From an uncultured Actinomycetes bacterium (GTDB lineage Bacteria > Actinomycetota > Actinomycetes > S36-B12): a stretch of 64,000 nt of DNA. This document shows positions 9,650 to 22,834 of the stretch, piece after piece. The DNA is taken from the NCBI GenBank assembly GCA_963755335.1, contig CAVWJW010000008.1, positions 1,047,136-1,111,135 of the forward strand, written 5' to 3'. Under the pieces are notes generated by a model, which ran no database searches, was not told the origin of the DNA, and saw only the letters and a program-made list of their open reading frames with translations. The position numbers and the translations under genes were made by a program. Position 1 is the first letter of the stretch, and each line of letters opens with the position of its first letter.

Positions 9650-10523
9650 ACCCAGGTCCTCGACGACCACTCGGCCGGCGGACCTCAGCGCGCTCGAGTC
9701 CGGCCTCGACGCCCTCGAGACCGGCGGCCGTCCGAAGCCCAGCGTCAAGAGCGTCTTCGCCCGGGCGCTGTCCCCGCTCATCGCCATCGCCGTGATCATC
9801 CTGATCTGGGAGATCGTCTTCTACCTGCAGCTGCAGCCGGACTACATCATTCCCGGACCCCGCCAGGTGTGGGATGCGCTCTGGCAGCAGGCCGAGCAGC
9901 AGATCCTGTGGCAGTCGACGTTCAACAGCATCCGACGCGCCGCTCAGGGCTTCGTCATCGCGCTCATCGTCGCCACCCCGATCGGCCTGGTTCTCGGACT
10001 GAACATGAAGCTGCGGGCGATCTTCGGGCCGATCCTCACCGGCCTTCAGGTGCTTCCGTCGGTCGCGTGGGTGCCCGCCGCCATCATCTGGTTCGGCCTG
10101 TCGGACGCCACCATCTACACCGTCGTGCTGCTGGGTGCCGTGCCGTCGATCGCCAACGGGCTGATCGCCGGCATCGACCAGATCCCGCCGATCTACCTGC
10201 GGGCTGGACAGGTCCTCGGGGCCAAGGGCTTCCTGCGCTCGTGGCACATCGTGCTGCCGGCCGCCTGGCCCGGCTACCTCGCCGGACTGGAGCAGGGCTG
10301 GGCCTTCGCCTGGCGCTCGCTGATGGCCGCCGAGCTCATTGCCGTCTCGCCGGCGCTGGGCCCGGGCCTGGGTCAGATGCTCGACGTCGGCCGCACTCTC
10401 GGCGACATGGCCTTGGTGCTCGGCTCGATCGGCATGATCATGGCGGTCGGCATCCTCGTGGAGCGCGTGGTCTTCGCCCCGATCCGACAGCGCACCCTGC
10501 GCAACCGGGGCCTGATCCGGTAG
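9639..10523 (+). CDS. ABC transporter permease (NitT/TauT family)
   Basis: Multi-TM protein with the EAA-like loop ...AAQGFVIALIV... The ATG at 9639 overlaps the end of the ATPase gene. Confidence 0.85.
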   Translation: MPTEPRSSTTTRPADLSALESGLDALETGGRPKPSVKSVFARALSPLIAIAVIILIWEIVFYLQLQPDYIIPGPRQVWDALWQQAEQQILWQSTFNSIRRAAQGFVIALIVATPIGLVLGLNMKLRAIFGPILTGLQVLPSVAWVPAAIIWFGLSDATIYTVVLLGAVPSIANGLIAGIDQIPPIYLRAGQVLGAKGFLRSWHIVLPAAWPGYLAGLEQGWAFAWRSLMAAELIAVSPALGPGLGQMLDVGRTLGDMALVLGSIGMIMAVGILVERVVFAPIRQRTLRNRGLIR

Positions 10524-10573
10524 TCGACGGCGGCGCGTGCGCGCGCTCGGGCATCGTGGGAGAGAATGCGGCC

Positions 10574-11491
10574 ATGACTTCGATGCCCATGTCGGCCCGC
10601 GGGGCCGTCGATCTCGGCGCCCTCGCCGCAGCCCGTCAGAACGAGCAGAAGGCCGCGACCGCGATGGCCAGTGCCCCTCCGGGGATCGTCATCGACGTCA
10701 CGGTCGAGTCGTTCCAGGCCGACGTCATCGACCGCTCGCACACGGTGCCGGTCGTTCTCGACCTGTGGGCCGAGTGGTGCGGACCCTGCAAGACGCTGTC
10801 GCCCATCCTCGAGCGGCTCGCCGCCGAGGACGGCGGTCGCTGGATCCTGGCGAAGGTGGACGTGGACGCCGAGCAGCAGATCGCTGCCGCCTTCCAGGTC
10901 CAGTCCATCCCCTCGGTGTTCGCGGTGATCGCGGGCCAGCCGGTGCCCTTGTTCCAGGGCGCCTATCCGGAACCGCAGATCCGCCAGATCATCGACGAAC
11001 TGCTCAAGGTGGCCGCCGAGCAGGGGGTCAGTGGCACGATCGCGGACGAGGTCGCTCCGGCGGACGAGGCTGCCGCCGAGCCGGTCGAGGAGCCGATCGA
11101 CCCCCGTTTCGAGGCCGCCTTCGATGCCATCGAGGCGGGTGACTGGATCGCCGCGGAGCAGGCGTATCGCCAGGTCCTCGCCGGATCCCCGGCCGACGAG
11201 GACGCCGCGGCCGGCCTGGCGACGGTCGGCCTGTACAAGCGCACGGATGGACAGGAGGCGCCTGCCGTCACGGCGGCGTCCGGGCCTGAGGAGCTCCTGC
11301 TCGCGGCGGACTTCGCCGCGCTCGGGAACGACTGGTCGAGTGCCCTCGAGCTGGCGATCTCTGCCGTGCGGCAGACGGCCGGTGACGAACGCGAGACGGC
11401 CCGGCAGCGCGCCGTGGACTTCTTCCTGCTCGCCGGCGACGACCCGGCCGTGCCCAAGGCCCGCACCGCGCTGGCCAGCGCCCTGTTCTAG
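10574..11491 (+). CDS. thioredoxin-domain protein with C-terminal TPR-like domain (YbbN/CnoX-like co-chaperone)
   Basis: Translation VVLDLWAEWCGPCKTLSPILE (WCGPC motif), followed by an acidic linker and an Ala-rich helical repeat region. Confidence 0.85.
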   Translation: MTSMPMSARGAVDLGALAAARQNEQKAATAMASAPPGIVIDVTVESFQADVIDRSHTVPVVLDLWAEWCGPCKTLSPILERLAAEDGGRWILAKVDVDAEQQIAAAFQVQSIPSVFAVIAGQPVPLFQGAYPEPQIRQIIDELLKVAAEQGVSGTIADEVAPADEAAAEPVEEPIDPRFEAAFDAIEAGDWIAAEQAYRQVLAGSPADEDAAAGLATVGLYKRTDGQEAPAVTAASGPEELLLAADFAALGNDWSSALELAISAVRQTAGDERETARQRAVDFFLLAGDDPAVPKARTALASALF

Positions 11492-11609
11492 CCCCCACCA
11501 CCCCGCCGAGTTCGACCGCGAACGTCGCAACGCAAACGACTTCGACCGTTACCGTCACTCCCCGAACTGGGTGCGACGGTAACGGTCGAACGTGCAGGCA
11601 GCGGGTTGG

Positions 11610-13811
11610 TCAGCCCTCGAAGCGGAAGTAGCTGGTCGACATCGGCGGCAGCACCATCTCCGCCGATGCCGGACGGCCGTGCCACGACGACTCGGTCGCG
11701 TGGATCGCGCCGAGATTGCCCATGCCCGACCCGCCGTAGGCGCTTGCATCCGTGTTGAAGATCTCGCTCCAGGTGCCGGCGAAGGGCAGCCCGACCCGGT
11801 AGCCCTCGCGGGGCACGGGGGAGAGGTTGACGACCACGGCGACGCAGCCGCTGTCGTCGTCCCAACGCAGCCAGCTGAAGGCGTTCGAGCCTGAGTCGTT
11901 CGCGTCGATCCACTCGAACCCGCCGGGTTCGTCGTCGCGCTGCCACAGGGCGGGCGTGGCCCGGTACAGAGTGTTGAGGTCGGTGACGGTCTGCAGCACG
12001 CCGGCGTGCTCGGGGAACTGCAGCAGCCACCAGTCGAGGCTGCGCTCGCTGGACCACTCGCCGGACTGGGCGAACTCGGAGCCCATGAACAGCAGCTTCT
12101 TGCCGGGATGCGCCCACATGAAGCCGAGGTAGGCACGGAGGTTGGCGAGCTGCTGCCAGCGGTCGCCGGGCATCCGCTGCGCCAGGGAGCCCTTGCCGTG
12201 CACGACCTCGTCGTGCGAGATCGGCAGGATGAAGTGCTCGCTGTAGGCATAGACCATCGAGAACGTCATCTCGTTGTGGTGGTACTGGCGATGGATGGGC
12301 TCATGAGACATGTAGTCCAACGTGTCGTGCATCCAGCCCATGTTCCACTTGAAGCCGAAGCCCAGTCCGCCCAGGAACGTGGGTCGGGTCACGCCCGGCC
12401 AGGCGGTCGACTCCTCGGCGATCGTGATGACGCCCGGCACGCGCTTGTAGACGGTGGCGTTCATCTCCTGCAGGAAGGCAACGGCGTCGAGATTCTCGCG
12501 ACCGCCGTACTCGTTGGGGTACCACTCGCCGTCCTTGCGCGAGTAGTCGAGGTACAGCATCGACGCCACGGCATCGACCCGCAGGCCGTCGACGTGATAC
12601 TCCTCCAGCCAGTAGAGCGCGTTGGACACCAGGAAGTTACGCACCTCGGTGCGGCCGAAGTCGAACACGTACGTGCCCCAGTCCGGGTGCTCGCCGCGGC
12701 GCGGATCGGCATGCTCGTACAGGGGGGTGCCGTCGAAGCGCGCCAGCGCCCACGCGTCCTTGGGGAAGTGGGCCGGCACCCAGTCGACGATGACCCCGAT
12801 GCCCGCCTGGTGCAGCGTGTCGATCAGGAAGCGCAGGTCGTCCGGCTTGCCGAAGCGCGACGTGGGGGCGAAGTAGGACGTCACCTGGTAGCCCCAGGAC
12901 GGGCCGTAGGGATGCTCGGCCACCGGCAGGAACTCCACGTGGGTGAAGCCCGCGTCGCGGACGTACTCGGCCAGCTCGACCGCCAGCTCGCGGTAGTCGA
13001 GGCCGGCGCGCCACGAGCCCAGGTGCACCTCGTACGTCGACATCGGGCGCTTGTGCTGGTCGCCCTCCTGTCGCTCGCGCAGCCATGCGGCGTCGGCCCA
13101 TTCGTACCCGGCGGTGTAGACGACCGAGCCGGTCGCCGGCGGCACCTCGGTGGCGAAGGCGAACGGATCCGCCTTCTCGCGCCACACGCCGTCGCGGCCG
13201 AGGATCGCGAACTTGTAGATGGCGCCGTCGCCGATGCGGGGGATGAACAGCTCCCAGATGCCGGTCGAGCCCAGCGACCGCATGGGATGAGCCGTGCCGT
13301 CCCAGAAGTTGAAGTCGCCCGTGACGCGAACGCCCTGCGCGTTCGGCGCCCACACCGCGAACGACACGCCGCTGACCACGCCGAGCTCGGTCTGGTAGGC
13401 GCGGACGTGCGCGCCGAGCACCTCCCAGAGCTGCTCGTGCCGGCCCTCGCCGATCAGGTGCAGGTCGATCTCGCCCAGCGTCGGCAGGAAGCGGTACGGG
13501 TCGTCGCCGGGGATGACGGTTCCGTCGTAGTCCACGTCGACCGAGTAGTCGGGGACGTCGCTGCGGTTCAGGGCGACGACCCATACACCGCGATGCTCAT
13601 GGGTCAGGGGGATGCGCGCGTCCGGCGTCACCACGGTCACGGCGTTCGCGCCCGGGCGAAGGACCCGGATGGTCGTGACCGCGCCGTCGACGTGGCCGCC
13701 GAGGATCGAATGCGGGTCGTGGTGCCACCCATCGACGAGCCGGTCGAGATCGAGCACCGATACCTCGTGCGGCACTGGTGCTGCTGCCGGGGTCGAGGGG
13801 GTCTGCGTCAT
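11610..13811 (-). CDS. glgB: 1,4-alpha-glucan branching enzyme
   Basis: 733 aa with GH13 motifs [35 protein letters not shown] and [15 protein letters not shown]. Confidence 0.95.
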   Translation of the reverse strand: MTQTPSTPAAAPVPHEVSVLDLDRLVDGWHHDPHSILGGHVDGAVTTIRVLRPGANAVTVVTPDARIPLTHEHRGVWVVALNRSDVPDYSVDVDYDGTVIPGDDPYRFLPTLGEIDLHLIGEGRHEQLWEVLGAHVRAYQTELGVVSGVSFAVWAPNAQGVRVTGDFNFWDGTAHPMRSLGSTGIWELFIPRIGDGAIYKFAILGRDGVWREKADPFAFATEVPPATGSVVYTAGYEWADAAWLRERQEGDQHKRPMSTYEVHLGSWRAGLDYRELAVELAEYVRDAGFTHVEFLPVAEHPYGPSWGYQVTSYFAPTSRFGKPDDLRFLIDTLHQAGIGVIVDWVPAHFPKDAWALARFDGTPLYEHADPRRGEHPDWGTYVFDFGRTEVRNFLVSNALYWLEEYHVDGLRVDAVASMLYLDYSRKDGEWYPNEYGGRENLDAVAFLQEMNATVYKRVPGVITIAEESTAWPGVTRPTFLGGLGFGFKWNMGWMHDTLDYMSHEPIHRQYHHNEMTFSMVYAYSEHFILPISHDEVVHGKGSLAQRMPGDRWQQLANLRAYLGFMWAHPGKKLLFMGSEFAQSGEWSSERSLDWWLLQFPEHAGVLQTVTDLNTLYRATPALWQRDDEPGGFEWIDANDSGSNAFSWLRWDDDSGCVAVVVNLSPVPREGYRVGLPFAGTWSEIFNTDASAYGGSGMGNLGAIHATESSWHGRPASAEMVLPPMSTSYFRFEG

Positions 13812-13835
13812 TCCAGCTCCGATGGTGTGCGTTGG

Positions 13836-15990
13836 TCAGATCTTGCGGGCGTGCACGATGTGAGCGACGTGGTCCCATGGTCGCAGGCGCACGTAGGTGG
13901 CGCGACCCCATGTCCAGGTCTCGTCCGCGACCAGGTCATGCGCGATGAACCGCTCGTCCTCGATGCCGATCGCTGCGAGATCCCAGTAGATGGTCGCCTC
14001 GCGCTCCCGGCCGGGATCAAGGGTGCACACCACGAGCACGACGTCGTCGCCATCGCGCTTCGAGTACGCGATGACGTCCTGGTTGTCGCTCGCATGGAAG
14101 TGGAGCGAGCGAAGATCCTGCAGTGCCGGACGCTCGTGGCGGATGCGGTTGAGCAGGGTCAGGTAAGGAGCCAGCGTCCGGAACTGCTTGCGCGCCAGCT
14201 CCCAGTCCCGGGGCCGGTACTGGTACTTCTCGGAGTCGAGGTACTCCTCGCTGCCCGGGCGGATGGCCACGTGCTCGTAGAGCTCGAAGCCGCTGTACAC
14301 GCCGTAGGTCGGTGCGAGCGTCGCCGCGAGGGTGGCGCGGATGGCGAACCCCGCCGGCCCGGAGTGCTGCAGGTACTCGGGGTTGATGTCGGGGGTGTTG
14401 ACGAAGAAGTTCGGTCGCATGTAGCTGGCCGACGGGCCGGCCAGCTCGCGTCCGTACTCCTCCAGCTCTGCGCGGGTGTTGCGCCAGGTGAAGTAGGTGT
14501 AGCTCTGCTGGAACCCGACCTCGGCGAGCGCCCGCATCATCGGCGGGACGGGTGAAGGCCTCGGCGAGGAACAGCACGTCGGGATCGGTCGCGAAGATGC
14601 TCGACATCAGGCGGTCCCACACCCACAGGGGCTTCGTGTGCGGGTTGTCGACGCGGAAGATCCGCACGCCGTGCGCCATCCAGAAGCGCACCACCCGCTC
14701 GACCTCCGCGTACAGGCCCTCGGGATCGTTGTCGAAGTTGAGCGGGTAGATGTCCTGGTACTTCTTGGGCGGGTTCTCCGCGTAGGCGATGGTGCCGTCG
14801 GCCCGCGTCGTGAACCATTCCGGATGCGCCACGACCCAGGGGTGGTCCGGTGCGGCCTGGAGGGCCAGGTCGATGGCGATCTCCATGCCGAGCTCGACCG
14901 TGCGGGCCACGAAGGCGTCGAAGTCGGCCAGGGTGCCGAGGTCGGGATGGATCGCGTCATGGCCGCCCTCGGCCGAGCCGATCGCCCACGGGGAGCCCGG
15001 ATCGTCCGGCCCCGGGGTCAGGGTGTTGTTCGGACCCTTGCGGTTGATCCGGCCGATCGGATGGACGGGCGGGAGGTAGACGACGTCGAACCCCATGTCG
15101 GCGACGGCGTCGAGACGCGAGGTAGCGGTTGCGAAGCTCCCGGATCGCGGCGGGTCGAGTGAGGCCCCTTCGCTGCGCGGGAAGAACTCGTACCAGCCGC
15201 CGACCAGCGCGCGCCGCCGCTGGACGCGCAGGGGCCACGGTCCGCTCGAGGTGACGCCTTCGCGGATGGGGTTCTCGCGCATGACGGCGGCCACAGCGGG
15301 GTCCGTCGCTGCGGCGACGCGGACGGGGACCGGGAGTGCCTCGGTCACGAGCGTGCGGGCCGCGGTCGTGAGGACCGTGCGCTCCGTCGACGCCGCGGGC
15401 AGCGACGTGGCGGCGCGCTGGAGGAGCAGGGAGCCCTCGAGGAGCTCGAGCTCGACGTCGACGCCGGCCGGGATCTTGATGAGCGCGCGGTGCAGCCAGG
15501 TGTCCCAAGGACTTCCCCAGCCCTCAACGGTGAACGTCCAGTCGCCCACGGCGTCGGGTCGCACGAGGCCGGACCAGGTGTCGAAGCCGGTGCCCTCGTC
15601 GCGGAGGCGAACGCTCTGGGCGATCGTGCCGTCGGGCCGATGCAGGACGGCCGTGACGCCCATGCTGTCGTGGCCCTCACGGAATGCGGTGGCGCGGACG
15701 GGCACCGCCTCGCCGACGGCAGCGGTGGCCGGCCGACGGCCGCCGACGCTGACCGGGGACACCTCGGTGACCGGGAAGCGGCCGGCGAGCTCGGGCGGGG
15801 GAGTCAGGAGCAGCGGCCGCCACGTCAGCTCGGACGACGCTGACGAGGATGCGGGTGCCTCCGACGGGGTGGGGGGCGCTGGTGCGGCCTTCGGCGCGGG
15901 TGCTGGCGTCCTCGTGGGCGTCTTGCGTGCTGGCGTCCTCCCCATGCGGGGCAGCCTATCGGCGCGCTGGGGCCGCGGTGGGTGCATCAA
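13836..15990 (-). pseudogene. glgE: alpha-1,4-glucan:maltose-1-phosphate maltosyltransferase GlgE, one +1 frame disruption
   Basis: The N-terminal about 480 aa (ORF 14017..15990) read well up to ...LFLAEAFTRP. The C-terminal 234 aa (ORF 13836..14540) start MMRALAEVGFQQSYTYFTWRN. The junction is at about 14545, in a ggg run on the + strand. The total length is 3n+1. The true start may be the Met at 15945. Confidence 0.9.
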
Positions 15991-16100
15991 AGTGACGGAT
16001 GAGCAAGAACTTGCGTTGCATGAAAGATCACGTCAATTACATGCCCGAATGGCCCCACCGACGTGCGCCGGGTGAGGGCAATGCCGCTACGGTGTCCGGC

Positions 16101-18695
16101 GTGAGAGCCATTCGCCGATTCACCGTGCGCACCGTCCTGCCCGAGAACCTGGCCGCCCTCGAGGAGCTCGCCATCAATCTGCGCTGGTCCTGGGACCCGC
16201 GGACGCGTGACCTCTTCTCGGCGATCGACGACGACCTGTGGGAGTCCGGCGGCCACGACCCCGTCCGCCTGCTCGGCGAGGTCTCGGCCGAGCGGCTGGC
16301 CGAGCTGTCGGCCGATGCCGGCTTCGTGGAGTGGGTCAACCGCGCGCAGGCGGACCTGCACCAGTACCTCACCTCGGATCGCTGGTTCCAGGGCCTCGGT
16401 GACGAGGCCCCGAGCGGCATCGCCTACTTCTCCCCGGAGTACGGCATCGCCTCGGCCCTGCCCCAGTACTCCGGCGGCCTCGGCATCCTCGCCGGCGACC
16501 ACCTCAAGACCGCGAGCGACCTCGGCGTGCCGATCATCGGCATCGGGCTGTTCTACCGCTCCGGCTACTTCCGCCAGTCGCTGTCACGCGACGGCTGGCA
16601 GCAGGAGCGCTACCCCGTCACCGATCCCGATGGCAGCCCGGTGTCGCTGCTGCGCGAGCCCGACGGCTCACCGGCCCGGGTTGCCGTGGGCCTGCCCGGC
16701 GGCCGCTACCTGTGCGCGCGCGTGTGGGTGGCGCAGGTCGGCCGCGTCCCGCTGCTGATGCTCGACTCCGACGTCGAGGAGAACGGACCGGCCGAGCGCG
16801 AGATCACCGATCGCCTGTACGGCGGCGGCGGCGAGCACCGACTGCAGCAGGAGATGCTGCTCGGCATCGGCGGGGTGCGTGCGCTGCGCGCCTTCTGCCG
16901 CATCACCGGTCACCCGGCGCCCGAGGTGTTCCACACGAATGAGGGCCACGCCGGCTTCCTCGGCCTCGAGCGGATCCGCGAGTTCATCGAGGAGTCGCCG
17001 ACCCTGACGTTCGACGACGCCCTCGAGGCCGGTCGTGCGGGCACCGTCTTCACGACGCACACGCCTGTCCCGGCGGGCATCGACCGCTTCCCCGGCGAGC
17101 TGATCCGTCAGTACTTCGGCGGCGACAACGCCACCCCGGGCCTGCCCGCCGACCGTGTGCTCGAGCTCGGCGCCGAGACGTTCGAGGGCGGCGACCCGAC
17201 GGTGTTCAACATGGCGGTCATGGGCCTGCGCCTCGCCAAGCGTGCCAACGGTGTCAGCCTGCTGCATGGCGACGTGTCGCGTGGCATGTTCGCCGGCCTG
17301 TGGAGCGGGTTCGACAGCGATGACGTGCCCATCACGTCGATCACCAACGGCGTGCATGCGCCGACGTGGGTGGCCAGGCAGGTCATCGATCTCGCGCACG
17401 GCCAGTCGATCGACGACGCCGAGGGATGGGAGACCATCTCCAACGCTCCCGACGACGTCCTCTGGACGATCAAGCGCGCCCTCCGCGAGGACCTCGTGAC
17501 CATGGCGCGCTGGCGCCTGAAGGAGTCGTGGGTCAACCGCGGCGCCAGCGAGGCCGAGCTGGGCTGGATCGACAACGTGCTCGACCCCGACGTCCTGACG
17601 ATCGGGTTCGCCCGTCGCGTCCCCTCGTACAAGCGGCTGACTCTGATGCTGCGCAACCCGGTTCGCCTCAAGGCGCTGCTCACCGATCCGAAGCGACCGG
17701 TGCAGCTCGTCGTCGCAGGCAAGGCGCACCCCGCCGACGACGGTGGCAAGCGACTGATCCAGGAGCTGGTCAAGTTCGCCGATCAGGAGGACGTGCGCGA
17801 GCGCATCGTGTTCCTGCCCGACTACGACATCGCCATGGCGACGATCCTGTACCCCGGCTGCGACGTGTGGCTCAACAACCCGATCCGCCCGCTGGAGGCC
17901 AGCGGCACCTCGGGCATGAAGGCCGCGCTCAACGGCGCGCTCAATCTCTCGGTCCTCGACGGCTGGTGGGACGAGTGGTACGACGGCGAGAACGGCTGGG
18001 CGATCCCGAGTGCCGACGGGATCGAGGATCACAACCGTCGCGACGACCTCGAGGCCGAGGCGCTCTACTCGCTGATCGAGACCGCCGTCGCCCCGGCGTT
18101 CTACAACCGCAACGACCAGGGCGTGCCGCCGCGCTGGCTCGAGATGGTGCGGCACACGCTGCGCACCCTCGGCCCGAAGGTGCTGGCCAGCCGGATGGTC
18201 CGCGAGTACGTCACGCGGCTCTACATGCCGGCGGCGATCGCCTCACGCGAGTTCGAGGCTGCGCAGTTCACCCAGGCCCGCGCCCTTGCCACGTGGAAGA
18301 AGAAGGTGCGCCAGGCCTGGCCGGTCATCCGCATCGACCACGTCGAGGCCGACGGCATCGGCGACGCAGTGAATCTCGGGACTCCCATCACCGTGCGCAC
18401 GTACGTGTCTCTGGGTGACCTGACGCCGGACGATGTCGTCGTGCAGACGGTCTACGGTCGCGTCGACGCCGACGATCGGATCACGTCTCCTCGGCACGCG
18501 GCCATGGAGCCGGTCGAGCAGTTCGACGGCAACCGTTGGCTCTACCGCCTCGTGGTGACCCTCGACAAGAACGGCCCGTTCGGCTACACGGTGCGGGTCC
18601 TGCCGAGCCATCCCGGGCTGGCTTCGTCGGCTGAACTCGGGCTCCAGGCCGTTCCTGCGCACACCCTTGGCCTGACCGAAGGGGTCCTTCGCTAG
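16101..18695 (+). CDS. glgP: alpha-glucan (glycogen/maltodextrin) phosphorylase, GT35
   Basis: Translation RFTVRTVLPENLAALEELAINLRWSWDP...GGLGILAGDHLK...SGTSGMKAALNG (PLP Lys region). The start is set at GTG 16101. Confidence 0.9.
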   Translation: MRAIRRFTVRTVLPENLAALEELAINLRWSWDPRTRDLFSAIDDDLWESGGHDPVRLLGEVSAERLAELSADAGFVEWVNRAQADLHQYLTSDRWFQGLGDEAPSGIAYFSPEYGIASALPQYSGGLGILAGDHLKTASDLGVPIIGIGLFYRSGYFRQSLSRDGWQQERYPVTDPDGSPVSLLREPDGSPARVAVGLPGGRYLCARVWVAQVGRVPLLMLDSDVEENGPAEREITDRLYGGGGEHRLQQEMLLGIGGVRALRAFCRITGHPAPEVFHTNEGHAGFLGLERIREFIEESPTLTFDDALEAGRAGTVFTTHTPVPAGIDRFPGELIRQYFGGDNATPGLPADRVLELGAETFEGGDPTVFNMAVMGLRLAKRANGVSLLHGDVSRGMFAGLWSGFDSDDVPITSITNGVHAPTWVARQVIDLAHGQSIDDAEGWETISNAPDDVLWTIKRALREDLVTMARWRLKESWVNRGASEAELGWIDNVLDPDVLTIGFARRVPSYKRLTLMLRNPVRLKALLTDPKRPVQLVVAGKAHPADDGGKRLIQELVKFADQEDVRERIVFLPDYDIAMATILYPGCDVWLNNPIRPLEASGTSGMKAALNGALNLSVLDGWWDEWYDGENGWAIPSADGIEDHNRRDDLEAEALYSLIETAVAPAFYNRNDQGVPPRWLEMVRHTLRTLGPKVLASRMVREYVTRLYMPAAIASREFEAAQFTQARALATWKKKVRQAWPVIRIDHVEADGIGDAVNLGTPITVRTYVSLGDLTPDDVVVQTVYGRVDADDRITSPRHAAMEPVEQFDGNRWLYRLVVTLDKNGPFGYTVRVLPSHPGLASSAELGLQAVPAHTLGLTEGVLR

Positions 18696-18724
18696 CGGCA
18701 GTACGCGACGAGAGTCGCCGAACG

Positions 18725-18762
18725 GAGAGGCCGGCCGCCCCCAGGGGAGCGGCCGGCCTCTC
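18725..18762. terminator. bidirectional stem-loop between convergent glgP and the SHOCT gene
   Basis: gagaggccggccgc (18725-18738) is perfectly complementary to gcggccggcctctc (18749-18762). There is no clear U-tract, so it is an I-shaped hairpin. Confidence 0.55.
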
Positions 18763-18771
18763 TGCTCCCGG

Positions 18772-19203
18772 TCAGCTGGCGAGGATCTTTGCCTTCTCCG
18801 AGGCGAACTCCTCGTCGGTGAGCAGCCCCTGCTCCTTGAGTGCGCCGAGCTCCTTGAGCTTGGCCATCCGATCATCGCTCGAACTGGTCGCCGCAGGAGC
18901 GGCCGCGACCGGAGCAGCTGCCGCCGGCTGCTGGGCGACCGCGGCGGCAACGGCGGCGTCGATCTGGGCCTGCTGCTGCTCGGCCGCGTCCTGCGCCTTG
19001 TAGGCGGCGAGCTCGGCGTCGCGCTGCGCGTCGCTGGCTGCCTCGGCCTGGGCTGCTGCCGCCTGCTGCTGGGCCGCGGCCTGCTTCTGTGCACCGCCGC
19101 CCATCATGTTCGACGTCGCCTTGACCGCGACCGTCGCGGTACCGGCGACAACGGCGGTACGTGCCATGGTGCCCATCAGTCCCGGGCGTCCTCTGCGCGG
19201 CAT
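18772..19203 (-). CDS. SHOCT domain-containing protein
   Basis: The C-terminus MAKLKELGALKEQGLLTDEEFASEKAKIL is a SHOCT motif. The middle of the protein is Ala/Gln-rich and low-complexity. Confidence 0.7.
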   Translation of the reverse strand: MPRRGRPGLMGTMARTAVVAGTATVAVKATSNMMGGGAQKQAAAQQQAAAAQAEAASDAQRDAELAAYKAQDAAEQQQAQIDAAVAAAVAQQPAAAAPVAAAPAATSSSDDRMAKLKELGALKEQGLLTDEEFASEKAKILAS

Positions 19204-19205
19204 GT

Positions 19206-19646
19206 CTACTCCTCTTCCAGGGCGGCGAGCGCCAGCAGCACGTTCTCGCGGGGGATCCGCACGTACGCGGTCATGTGTCCGTGCGAACCGCGAACGGCTT
19301 GGCTGAAGCGGGACGCCCAGGTGTTCTCCCAGACCACGACCATCGCCGAGGTGTTGGACTCCAGACCTTCGGCGATGTAGTCGAGGTCCTCGTCGTTCAG
19401 CAGGTCCATCTGCCCGCCGCTCAGGCTCGCGAAGTGGTCGGCCACATCGCCGTCGCTGACCTCGAGGATGGTGGCGGTGCCCTCAGCGTCCTTCTTGATG
19501 AAGGCCAGGTCGAGGATAGTGACTGTCCCCGACTTGACGAGTTCGTCCAGCGAAGGGATGACCTCTCCGTTGAAGTCGTTACCCTCGAAGACGATCGTCG
19601 CGACGTCGATGGGCCCGATGGTGTCGGGATCGATCTGTGCTGCCAT
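19206..19646 (-). CDS. DUF6325/DUF1269-like small acidic protein
   Basis: Translation MAAQIDPDTIGPIDVATIVFEGNDFNGEVIPSLDELVKSGTVTILDLAFIKKD... The start is at the internal ATG (cat at 19644-19646). It sits immediately upstream of the SHOCT gene, 2 nt apart. Confidence 0.6.
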   Translation of the reverse strand: MAAQIDPDTIGPIDVATIVFEGNDFNGEVIPSLDELVKSGTVTILDLAFIKKDAEGTATILEVSDGDVADHFASLSGGQMDLLNDEDLDYIAEGLESNTSAMVVVWENTWASRFSQAVRGSHGHMTAYVRIPRENVLLALAALEEE

Positions 19647-19768
19647 GCCCTCTCCTTGTCCGTGAATGGGGGCGTGCCGATCTCCGTAGGCCCTACGGAG
19701 GGGGGAGTGCCCGAGGAGCCTTGCACACTTCATCCCGCCATGCTCCCGTTCGCGCCCGGGAGCCGCGC

Positions 19769-21881
<2,113 letters not shown>

Positions 21882-21962
21882 ACGCTACAGGCGCATGTCA
21901 GGACCGCGCGGTGCGCCACTACGCTTCTCAGCACCGCATTCGCATTGTCCCGGAGGTGTCCT

Positions 21963-22742
21963 GTGTCGGAGTTCGTGTCGGTCGAGGTGAGCGAGGGCGT
22001 CGCGACGATCCTGCTGGAGCGTCCGCCGATGAACCCGCTGTCCTTGCAGGTGCAGCGGGAGATCAAGGCGGCAGCCGAGGAGATCTCCGCGCGCGCGGAC
22101 ATCGGCGCCGTCATCCTCTACGGCGGCCCGAAGGTGTTCGCTGCGGGCGCGGACATCAAGGAGATGGTCGACATGTCGTACCAGGACATGGCGCTGGCCT
22201 CCAGCGCCCTCCAGGGTGCGTTCACGGCCGTCGCGTCGATCCCGCAGCCGACCATCGCCGCCATCACCGGTTATGCGCTCGGCGGCGGCTGCGAGCTGGC
22301 GCTGTGCTGCGACCTGCGCATCGCCGCGGAGGACGCCAAGCTGGGCCAGCCCGAGATCCTGCTGGGCATCATCCCCGGCGCCGGCGGCACGCAGCGGCTC
22401 ACGCGGCTGGTCGGGCCGTCGCGGGCCAAGGAGATCGTGTTCACCGGTCGTTTCGTCGGTGCGGAGGAGTCCTTGCGGATCGGCCTGGTGAACCAGGTGG
22501 TCCCGGCCGACGAGGTCTATGCAACGGCGCGGACTCTGGCCGTCAGGCTGGCCAAGGGAGCGCCCCTCGCGATGCGGGCGGCCAAACGCGCCATCGACGG
22601 CGGGATCGAGACAGACCTGAAGACCGGGCTCGAGCTCGAGCGGCTCGAGTTCAGCGGCCTGTTCGCGACCGACGACCGCACGATCGGCATGGAGTCGTTC
22701 GTGGCCAATGGCCCCGGCAAGGCGGCCTTCACGGGCCGGTAA
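21963..22742 (+). CDS. enoyl-CoA hydratase/isomerase (crotonase) family protein
   Basis: Translation VATILLERPPMNPL...FAAGADIKEM...GYALGGGCELALCCDLRIAAEDA. The start is at GTG 21963. Confidence 0.85.
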   Translation: MSEFVSVEVSEGVATILLERPPMNPLSLQVQREIKAAAEEISARADIGAVILYGGPKVFAAGADIKEMVDMSYQDMALASSALQGAFTAVASIPQPTIAAITGYALGGGCELALCCDLRIAAEDAKLGQPEILLGIIPGAGGTQRLTRLVGPSRAKEIVFTGRFVGAEESLRIGLVNQVVPADEVYATARTLAVRLAKGAPLAMRAAKRAIDGGIETDLKTGLELERLEFSGLFATDDRTIGMESFVANGPGKAAFTGR

Positions 22743-22834
22743 CGTTCGGACAGCAGCGGGCGGCCATGCCGCCCCTGCTGGGATATATTACTGGTGAGTA
22801 ACTTAGTCGTCGGAACAGCAGGAGGATCACCTTC

